Of a stretch of DNA of 64,000 bases, positions 52,411 through 64,000 are shown piece by piece. Numbering within the stretch: the stretch's first letter is position 1; each line of letters opens with the position of its first letter. The stretch is from Chrysomallon squamiferum (lineage: Eukaryota > Animalia > Mollusca). The stretch lies in the NCBI GenBank assembly GCA_012295275.1, contig CM022672.1:23312001-23376000 (forward strand), in the 5' to 3' direction. The position numbers were made by a program, and so were the translations under genes. The notes under the pieces were generated by a model that was not told the DNA's origin, made no database searches, and worked only from the letters and a program-made list of their open reading frames with translations.

Positions 52411-55400
52411 AACAACCTGAATTGGCTCGAAGGACTTTTCAGATAGATGACCAAATTACAGATTCTAAGGAATTATACAGAGAAGTGATGTTTGTTTGAT
52501 CACATATTGTGGTCTAATTCATCATCTGCCCAATTAATGACAATATGACCAAACTTTCTTTTGTTTAAGTATAGATCCACTGGAATCGTCCGTCTTCAAT
52601 AATTCAAGAATAAATCTTCCACTGAATGTAAAATAATGAATGCATGCTTGTTTTACTGGTACTCGAACACATTTAAAAAAATATAAATCTGTTATCACGT
52701 GTAACTGAAAGAAATGTGAGGTCCAGAAATCATGTTACACCACCATCCGCCACATAATGCTATAATTGGACTTTTTAAAATATCTAAGCTAAGAAAGAAC
52801 CTTTGATCAAGCAGCCGCATTGAAACTGCCACAGGAAAACTGATCATGGCAACAACATTTTTTTACATGTCTCCATTTGGGTTAAAGAACCATTCAGATA
52901 GTTTTACATAGAAAAATGTATTTAATTTGAAAATGTTTAGTGCTTTAATGAATTCTTTTTTTTTTCTTTACTGAGATATTAAATATTTATATATGTATAC
53001 ATTTGCATTTAATTTTTTCGATCATTCTGACTCAGTCATTGAATAAATGAATCTTTATTAAACGAGATAACTTTGCACGATGATTTTAGTAACACTGTAT
53101 TAATGATGACAACAACGATGATGGCAGTGATGCTTATGACAGCTGCGTGAATGAAGATAGTGACCTTGATGCTTCTGGTGATGGAACGACAACGACAATC
53201 ATAATAACATACAGACATCAGCAACAGAATGAAATGGCCATTGGTTCTAAGAGTTTGTTTTGGAAGGGCAAAAGACCACACACCTCGTCTGACACTAAAG
53301 TATGGTTTATTGTCCTTCAACACTTATTAACGCATACAGCTTTTAACCACAGTTGATTAAGTAGAGAAAGATTCGGCCATATAAACGCAGGTATTTCAAT
53401 ACAAAACACATAAACATGCGCTAGGAACACAAAGTAATAAGAATGCCAACATGACGTGCCACGGAACAATATTGTTAATGGTTCTGGGGAAACATGTTTA
53501 TATTATCTATAGTTAGATCTATTTTATATTATATAGAAACGACAAAAAGCAATTTTATTAATTCTAGTCCGTCTTTATCCCTTTGGGAAGAAACTTTGTC
53601 CTGTTTATGGCCATTTTATTAACCGTGTTTTCTTTCACTTGTTGTTTAGAGGAATGTAAAAAATAAAAAATAAAAACAAATTAATTAAAAAAATTAAATG
53701 CTCAAAACTGACCTTCGCTTCGAATTAACTCGACAATATTGACAACAGAGTGTAGAAAATCCAGACAAAACAAATAACTAGAGAATTGTATTGATATTGA
53801 AAGTAATTTTTATTCTCTTTAGTATTCCAGAACATAAGAAACACGTGCCGTAGTAATGACGTAGATGAATCGCCATTATATTTAGCCGCACGAAAGAATA
53901 AAATTAGCCTTTCACTTAATGTTTTGAATTTATATAGCTTTGTTTGACTCACTGAACTCTAGATTTGCTAAATTATTTTTTTCTTGTTTTTTTTTTTCTT
54001 CTTTCTTTTTTTTTTTTTTTTTGTTTTGTTTTGTTTTGTTTAATCTTAATCTATGAGTTAGAAAAATAAAAGCGCATGTTTGGGTGCGGTCAGAACGAGA
54101 GGGTTGCTATTATTGCATAAACGAGATTTTTAGCGATAGTAAAAATAAATTTCAGATTACAGCATTATGTTAAAAATGTATCTAACCATGATGAAAAAAA
54201 ATCCAATTTAAATAAAAATAAAATAAATATAAAGACAGGTAGATAGATAGATAGATAGATAGATAGACAAGTAGATAGACATATATAGAGAGATAGATAG
54301 ATAGATAGATAAAGAGACAGACAGACAGAGGGATAAAAAGGTAGATGGTCAATACATAAAATAAATTAAAATATAGGAAATAAAAGTAATATATTTTTAA
54401 AATGACAGTCCGCAGACGAAGAAACGAATTAATACTGAAACCAGAAAGCGAACTAAATCTCATCATACACTTTATTGGAAATATTTTTACGTTGAAGTCC
54501 ATCGAGGGTCAGCTCACTGTTAATATCTGGCTCACTCGCTGGCTGGACAGCCAGCACGAAATCCAGGAAAACACCGCAATATCCTTGCCCAACCAAAGTA
54601 AAATTATGTCCAGCCAGTGTGAAAGGAAACACACTTGAAACATGCTACGTCTAACGATTGTCTGTCACCGTAAGTGAATTTCATCGACTGAGACAGACAG
54701 ACGGGAACTGTCGTACATAGAACATTCGGTCGACATTTAAAGCCCGCATTGTCCTTCACGAAGAGGCTCGAATCATACAGAAAGAGTTGACGAATCGATG
54801 TCATGGATAAAATTCAATTAACTTAAATTCTTTATTTACAGAAGAACGCAGTTGAAAATATTGTCAAGCGTGGATACAGCAGAAGTATATTAAGGAAAAC
54901 TATTCAGAAAAGCAAAATGTATAAGTAATATTTTAAAATTGAAATTCTTAATCAAATGGGAAATAATGCTAACGCAACTGTCAAGAGAGAATATAAGAAG
55001 AATACGTTAAGTTCACATGGGATCAATATATGTCATAAAATTCAAGAAACACATATTGTTAAAAAATAAAATTATTACATTAAAAACAAATAAGCAAAAA
55101 ATATTGTCAAGAGAGAATGTAAGAAAAATAAGTCAAAGCCTAAGCGTAAATGATTCACACAAAAACATTTGTTATCCTGAATTTGAAAACGAAATTCTTA
55201 ACTGGAAAGGAAATTTTGTAAGACCACACTATAAGAGATGCAATTTAAAACCTTTTATCAGTAATTAAGATTTAAATTTATTAACAAGAGAGGGAACATA
55301 TTGAGACCAAGATCATCGATATTATGAAACAAATCTTTTATCAAAGATTTACAAATGAAATTCTTACAACAGAAATACATTAAAAACATCTTCAAGAGAA

Positions 55401-57484
55401 CATTACAAGAGAACATTCTCCATTGAACGGAAAAAACAAAACAAAACAAAGGGAAAAAATAATAAATTAATTAATTAATTAAACAAACAAACAAGCAAGC
55501 AAACTAAAATACAACAACAACAAAACAAAACAAAACTGTGATCTTTGGTTCTTGTCAGGAGAAAAACACAAATTTAGCATGGATATTTTGTAGTTTGAAT
55601 GTTCATGGCTGATTCTATCCTGGTAGTTAGAGTTCAGATCCGATAGGCGATGAGTCACGGGATCACTCCTCCTCAGCTTTGACATTAATCTTAATCTTCC
55701 GAGAAGTGCCCCACTTCAGCTTTATGGGAAAACGCTTACCAGCGATCCGTTCCTGCTAATCGAAAACGAGTTGTCAATAGCGTGGCCGCTGCTGCTGATT
55801 ACCTTCCTCTTTTTATGATCTGCAACCAAATATTTCAATCCACATAACGACAGATTAAATGTATTTGGGTCTGTAGTAAAATACAGTTTGTTATTTTTGT
55901 TTTCTTATGTCTTTTTCCCCTCCGTTCCACAATGGAGAAATGAAAGACTTAAACATACAGAGAGGGGATTAAGAGTAAGATAGAAAGAGAAGGTATATGA
56001 AAGGTTTATTTTATATATATATATATATATTAAAAAACAATAACAGGTTTCAAACTAAACTACAAGGAAACAACAACAGCAGCAGTAACAACAACAACTA
56101 CAACAACAATAAAATTAATATTAAAAATAAAAATAAACCCAATAATATTTGCGATGGTAGTAGTAGTAGAAGTATTAATAGTAGCAACAGCAGTAGCACT
56201 AGTAGTAGTAATATAGAAGTAGTACTACTATTTACTATAGCTGTAGCAGAAGTTGAAGAACCAAGAACAGTTCTGACGAGTAAAACCAAGAAATCTCACA
56301 CGTTACTAATGGAACATCGTTCTTTGAAGACACGTTCTTTACTCAAACAACAACTCGAGGCGATGAAAAGCTTACAAGAAGAGAAAAGCAAAGAAAAACA
56401 AGCAGCTATTTCTCTGGGGTAATGCAAGGCAGTGATATTAAGACGAAAAAATCGAGGAAACGGAAAAGTATTTACAGATCTTAACCCAAGTATAAAGAGA
56501 ACTGTTTTGAAACTCTAAAATGGAAAACACAGCGATCGTTGTTAACACTATTAGAAACACTTCGTTATATTTGTGGGGGTTTTTTTATGAAGAAGGGAAA
56601 CGGTACGAAAATCTTATTTGAACAAGACTTTATTGCACGTTTAGAAAATGACAGTATGTAAAATAAACATGTATAATATAAGTAGAACTTCTGACAGTAG
56701 CAACAGGCGTAAGTAAAAAGAAAAGAAAAAGAAACTCATTAATTTTACTGTAGACTTAATGATTCTTGGAGGGGGTTGTAATTTTTTTATTTTAATATAG
56801 AATATTAAGAAAAGGAAACGAAAAGAAAAAAAGAAAATTTCCTTGATTAAAGATTTACCAAAATATTTTATTCATTTTCCATACATGGACTTTGGGGAAA
56901 TTCAAAAGGGAATAAAATGTAAATAATGTCCATTTATGAATAGTTTATAACTGATTATCATACTGTTCGCATTGTGTTGACGTGAGCCACGGTTAACATT
57001 ACTTTCTCTGCTATTCACATTTGCAGCCTGAAGATTGATGGATAGCAAGATCTGGCCTCAGTAGGGACCGATAGATTGAACACCCGTCCCAGCCTGTGAC
57101 TCGCTATAGACTGGTTATTAACCGCGGTATGCATTATCCTGTCTTTGAGAAAGTCTGTACATAGGATCTTTTACATTACGTAAATACTCCTTAACTATTA
57201 GTATAATACCATATAATCAAAAATTAAAATGTTTTGCGTTCGTAGAAAAGTAAAACGTTTCTGTTGCTTTTCTTCTGGTGAATACTGATAAATAGTGACT
57301 GATATCCTGGCTGTTTATTTTTAAATCTTTTAGTAATAATGTAACGTTTGAAATATAGTATTACGTTTATATCTTCTTACCATAATCTTCCTGCTGAACA
57401 TGTATAAAAATGTGTTACACACTGTAGAAATTTCCAGTATATAACATCTTAAATGATTCATTTATCATAATTTATTATACATGT

Positions 57485-57599
<115 letters not shown>

Positions 57600-60500
57600 T
57601 ACAATATTTGGTATTACAAACGTAAAACGTTAATCTTTGCAACATTTCTATAACTGATACAACGCGAGAGAGAAAAAAAAAAATAATTAAAATAAAATAA
57701 ATAACTTCACCAGTTGCACTCAGCACTTTTCTGTATTAACCTCGTGATACTGTAATTTATTCTATTTTTAAAATATTTTTGAGTTCATTTACCTGATATT
57801 TTTCAAAGCCCGAGGGTACAGATATTGGTGTTAATTTATTTACCACTCGATCATATTTCCCTACTTCGAGTTGCGGCCTTCAGCTACAATCTTTAGATAG
57901 TTAATAAAAGAAAAGAAAAAGCATACAACATTTCATCTATTTAGCAACTTAATTGTCCTAGCCTGGATGGTTAATTAGCAAGCTATAAGTTCATTTGTTT
58001 TATCTGTAAAGAGAATTTTGCCGATGGTTCATAGTATTCATACTAAATTAGAGTTGACTTTGAATCAAATTGAGAACACGTTTTACTGGAAGAAACCGTC
58101 TCCAAAGGCATCCGGGCATTACACTGTAACTGACATCTGCCTTTCGTATGTCGATTTTTGTAATAAAATTATTAGTTTCTTTAGGGTTATTACTGATTTC
58201 TGGAATAATGTAATGAATTTTGTATAGATTTTTGTAAGTGTGTTAATATAATCTTTTTTTCTTAAAAACAGTCGTTATCTTGTATTTATAAACTGACGCA
58301 GACTGTGCTAATTCAGACGGGACTTTTACACGATCACAATTACTGAGAGAATTCAGACATATAAGTTAATATTAATATTTATGTTTTATGTTGTCTGCAC
58401 ACAGTATTATAATGAAACCATGTAAAGACCGTCGTCGACTTGCAATCACGTTTCTATTCCGACCAAGTTGATTTGGACGTAAGTCAGACATCTATATTTA
58501 TAGAATCCATATTAGTGTATGTTTAGTTCTGTATATAGTGATATTATCTCAACTTTAGGTTACATACATACATATACATATATTATATTTTTAGTAAACA
58601 CTTTAATTAGTTTGAATCAAACTGACAATCGCTGTCTTGCATTATCTTTTCTTCAATAGAAGACAAAGCTAAATTCTCATTAACGAAGACCGAAAGTATC
58701 AAACATCTGTATGATACCAGTTGTTCCAGAACATAGGGACCATGGACCGACAGAACAATAGTTTGTTGGGCCATGAGCTTGAGGAAAGCCGGCGTATTGT
58801 ACCGAGTGTCTGCCGACCAGTATCGGCAAAAAAGTATGAACCTAACTTAGCCGTGGCATCATTGTCAGACGTGCAGTCGTAAAGTCAGACAGTCGTAAAT
58901 CGAAGGCTGTGTGATGTTTGAGTTTGGACATTCATTCTTAAAAATTTCTAGCCATCAGAAAAAAGTAATGAAAGTTTTTAGTCGGCGGTCCTAAGAGCGT
59001 ACTTATCGTGATATTAATAAATAACTTTTAAATAAATAAATAAATAAATAAGAATAATAGATAAGGCAATCATATATCATCATGCATTATCCGATCAATT
59101 TAGATATACTATTTAATATATCGAATTTGGAGAAAAAGAAAACAAGACAAATAAATAAATAAATAAACATGCCTAATCATTTGTAATATTTAAACGTTTT
59201 GTTAGCACCGACATAGACACAATCTAACAATGAGCAAATACATTATTTGGAATTATATATAACTTATTTGCCAACAGAGGTACAGTTAAAAAAGTCACTG
59301 GTATATTTCATTTAGCAACATCAGATACGCACATAGCAAGAAAGAAACGAAACGAATCACTTGACGATACTGAACCAATTATAACTATTTGTTTCTATCA
59401 CTGAAGGGGCATTTTAAATTAGTCCTAAGTTTGGTGAAAAATTGAGTAGCCAGAAATGAGTTAATGGTGAAATAATGTAATAAATTCAGTAAACCTTTAT
59501 TTGCTTATTTAAGATGTACTAGTCTCCTGGTTTTCTGATGAATAATAACAATTGTTTAACAAAGAATTGGTATTTTCCAGATTACTAAAGACCTTCACAT
59601 GTAACTGTTAATAAGTTCTGTCGTAACAGACAAGGAAAAAAATGTTTACAAGCTTGAATGTTCTTAATGTTTTCTGCATATTGCTTTTGTGCTGACTCGT
59701 TTTAATTCCGCTTTATTTCGTTTCATTTATATCGAAATTCATCAAAAAATAAATAAATAAATTTAAAAAATCGATAATGAGAATTTTGCACATAATTGAT
59801 GTCAATCGTTATTGTTTTATTTTATTATTATTATTTTTTTTTATTTTATGTTTGCGATGTTTTATTTCAGTGGCGTCCTCAAATCTTGTTAAAGTCCATA
59901 TTGACGTTGAATGGGCGTTTCAGTAAATTTATTTTTTGTTATTTCACCATTATATCTCAAGATTACCACTTGTTTTTGAACTCACAGAAAAGACAAATAA
60001 ATAAAGACACGAAAATTAAATATCGAACTGGGTAGAATCATTGTACAAATTCAAAGAGACAGCAGCAAGCATAGCGCTGAATAAATGCATCTCATCTTTC
60101 GCAAACATTTTGTTCTGTAGAATTTTTAATTTTTTTTTTCTTTTTTGATTTTGCCTGCGATCCAATACCGAAATTTCCAGTAATCATCAGCTGTGCTGAT
60201 TGAAAGATCTGCGTGTTAACAACATTGGATGAATGTAGTAGAAATTTTACTATCTTTATTTGTCTGCCTCTTTGTCTGTCCGTGTTGTTCTTATTGTTCA
60301 CGTCACATACAATGCATTTATGCATATATACACACACATATATACATACACACACACATATATTTAAACTACGGATGCTTATTTTTTCTGAGTTTGTAAT
60401 CGAGAACCAGGAGATCCACATCTCTCTCGCTTAATATTCCTCTTCCCTCTTTGCTCTTTCTTTCTCTTTTACTCTCTGTCAATATTATACTTTTTCTCTT

Positions 60501-61357
60501 CGATCTCTTTCTTTCGGCAGTCTCTCATCCTCGCACTTTTACCTCTGTCTGTTTGACTCGCTTTCTCTCTCGACTCACATATACCGATATATCGAATTCT
60601 CTCCTAAATCTTTACTCAAGAACATTATTTCAATTTAAGAGTAATTTGATCTTAAATTTATGCTTTGTTTAATGTTGCTTCGAAACAAATATATTTCAAC
60701 ACATGGAATGGAAAATTGAATAAAAAGAAATTAAATAATAATAAAATGGAAAAAAAAGAAGAAAGATTCACTTCATTAAAGAGATTAACGTGTATGCACG
60801 ATTTCTTAGAAACAGTTTTGCACATGGTAGATTTGAGTGGGACTTTTGTATTGTTTTTCTTTTTTCTTTTATGTTAGCGATGGTTTATCTCAATGACTTC
60901 CTAAAATCTAATTAAAGTTTAACAGGCCAGAATCGTACTGACTGTTTTTTACATTACGGTTTCAGAATGCCGGCTTTGGTTTGATAGTTATTTGGTCGAC
61001 AGTTATATTGAATAGACGTCCCGGTAAATTTGTTTTTGTTAATACTAATTTAGTTCCACAGTGTCACTCAATACCACCACTTGTATTTGATCTCAAAGAA
61101 AATAAAAAAATAAACAAAGAAACGAAATTAACTATCGAAATATTGTGAAGCCTAAGAAAGTTTTCTGTTAGATTATATTAAATGTGACCAGAACGTAAGC
61201 AATATTTAGAAGAAAAAAAAGAAGAAAAAAGAGACAGATAGAAAATCCATGATTAATGCCAGGAACTGACAAAACAAACATTGAGAATGTCCAGAAACAA
61301 CCAAAAACAAATTAAACAAACAATGCAAAAAAAAAAAAAAAAAAATTATTTATATAT

Positions 61358-61425
<68 letters not shown>

Positions 61426-61585
61426 CAACAGCAATGACAGTAATAAATACATTAATTAAGAAACGGAGAAAGAGAAAGAGATACAAAGACAGAAAAAAAA
61501 AGAGTAATATATGGTATAAATTATGAGGCTGACAGAGCCAGACAGATAGATGGAAAGAGTCAGAGATATGCAGAAGACAGACAAG

Positions 61586-61587
<2 letters not shown>

Positions 61588-61678
<91 letters not shown>
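61588..61678. repeat. (AG)n microsatellite
   Basis: Pure AG run. Confidence 0.97.
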
Positions 61679-61682
<4 letters not shown>

Positions 61683-64000
61683 GCCGTATAAAAGCAAGCA
61701 AATAAAATGGATCGAAGTAATCTAATATTATTTTTACTGTAGAGAATCAACAACATTCAAAGCACCAAAAAATTTGATTAATATTGACAGCTTCTCTAAC
61801 TGTATTCATTTTCCTAATTGCCACGCTTGTTTGTTCTGTCATTGTCTTTTCAATTCTTTACATTACTTGACACCGATGGGCTGAAACTTTCATGATAGTA
61901 ATTGGCTTTGTCAAATTCCTAAGAGCTTTGATATACTGACCTTATTACACAGTACTTTATCCATGCTTGACTTTTACCTTCTTTCCTTCAGAATCACTGT
62001 AACAAGATTATTTAGCATTAAATCGTATAAATAGAAAAAAACGAACAAGGAAAAAGGTTTATTTCCAGAACGCCCAGTATTTCTTAGCGGAATTGGATTT
62101 GGGTTACACATTTCGTTTTGAATTTCAAAACATTTTAGTATCGCATTACTTGTAGAAACTGCAGCACCGTGTTATTTTGTTTTCATTCTTATTATTAGAT
62201 CTGTAGACTGCTCATAATAATCAGCGATGTCCTTAAGACATCAGTATTAATAGAGAAAGGGTTTGAATCCTCATATCGACTCTTACATAGCTTGTCTAAT
62301 ATTTCAAATATCTCTAACTAACTCCCCAAATTTATCACCCAACGCTAACACTGTCTTGGACAGACTGAATATGCCGTACAATTTGAATCTGCAGTGGTGG
62401 TAGACAAGTTTCAAACTGTTACTTTGACCGATTATTCTCAATGATTTTATTTCAGGCATTGATTTGTATCTTTCTTTCATTGGGAAGGTGATGTAAAATA
62501 TTAGTTGCTGCAAATCGAAACAAAAGTCACTTGATCGGATGGTAGCAGTGTCTTTTGAATAATGCTTAACCACACATACAAACACACACACATATTATAT
62601 ATTTATATATAGCATCCTATAACCATTGTTTAGAAATGCGTCATTAAATAAAATATTTGTTTTTCACTGAAATAATTATACTGATGGTGGAGGTATATAA
62701 TGTATATAAAGATGACGATGATACTGAAAATGATATATATTTTTTTTTAGATCAATTTTCTATTTTCTTATTTAGAAACCAAACAGGAAATGTTTATCTT
62801 TTAAAACAATGCCCTTGGGCCCGCCACAAATATGTAGTGTAAAAGAGATTAACTTTGTTACCGTTTTTCTTAATGTATTTATTAAACCTATTACGGTCTA
62901 CTGTCTCAGCCAGTTAAAGTTGCTATGTTCCTGGCGAGATTGTGTCTGGGCTGTTGGCATGATTGTGCTAAATCTCCAGTGTTGTTCTTACTGGCAAATC
63001 TGTTCCCACCAAACCTACTGATAGCAACAGTATGAAAGAGACATTCGTTAAAATTCAGTTGTCTCTTTTAGTGTCATGTGGCTAATAAGTGAAAGGTTAA
63101 CAGAAATAGTAATTAGTGGTATGAATTAGTCATAATGTTAGCCTTATTTGTGTTAATGTTATATTCAGCTACGTTTGCCTCGTGAGTCTCTGTATCTGTT
63201 AGCCATTTGTATTTTAATGACTTTAGTATGTACGTACATACGCTTGTACGCATGTATGCATTTATGTATGTATGTATGTATGTATGTATGTATGTATGTA
63301 TGCATATATGTATGTATGTATGAAGGCACGCACGCAAGCACTGATGTAAATATGTATGAATGCATATTTCTCTGTGTGTGTATATATATTCGTGTACATG
63401 CATTTATGTATGTATACAAGTATACATGTATGTATATATGTATTATGATTGCTTTTATCTTGTTTCTTGTTGTATAAGAGATCTTTTTCTTCTCTCATTT
63501 TCTCTCATTAAAATAATCTTTTGTACGCATTTATGCACTAATAATTCAGTAACTGCTAGCAACATAAACGATTTTTAAAGAGAGTAACCATGATTATTCT
63601 CGAGTTTATATTTCTAGATGTGTTGGAGATATTCATTCCCTTTTCATAACTGAAATCTTGTGCAGGTGTTCTGTGTGTAGATTGATTAGACGATGAACCC
63701 AAGTCGACGCTGATGGAAAAATCGGCAAAAGCTAGACAGATTGTAAACAAGCAAATAAATCCTGATAAATCCTGAGTACATCCAGTAGTGGTTTTCGTAG
63801 ATATATAACAATTAGCTCAGTTTGGCTTATATTTATTAGCTTTTTTCTTTTCCTTTTTTTAATAAGTGTCACCCTTCGGCGTAAGAAGATGTATTAGGTT
63901 TGTTTTATAATTCCTTGTTTTCCACTGAAACGACAACAACTTTGAAACTGAAATCGTATTACATAGTATTTTCCTGTGACAAATATCATGTAGTAGGGGC

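Noticed and set aside
55997-56422. 141-aa Asn/Ser-rich ORF
   Set aside because: Built mostly from AAC/AGT microsatellite decay. The C-terminal part has no recognisable motif.

Overview
AT-rich, microsatellite-dense, intron-containing animal DNA. The composition and gene content suggest a mollusc, probably an octopod or other cephalopod, but this is inference only. The ORF track is almost all microsatellite noise, so spliced genes were rebuilt by hand from GT-AG junctions and reading frame. Four protein-coding genes lie in the first 22.6 kb: (1) a small secreted Gly/Tyr/Met-rich low-complexity protein (minus, CDS 2197-2484, introns in both UTRs); (2) a complete 8-exon Cdc25 phosphatase (plus, 5821-9709, 345 aa); (3) a non-hedgehog Hog (Hint plus sterol-recognition) autoprocessing protein whose N-terminal cargo is a short 8-cysteine peptide rather than a Hedge domain (minus, about 11733-16649), the most interesting item in the window; (4) an intronless neuropeptide F/Y-type class A GPCR with altered D2.50 and DRY motifs (minus, 20716-21858). 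The remaining ~41 kb has no convincing CDS. It holds Tigger/pogo and SINE remnants, short tandem duplications, many microsatellites and a candidate CRE/CCAAT promoter near 49.6 kb.
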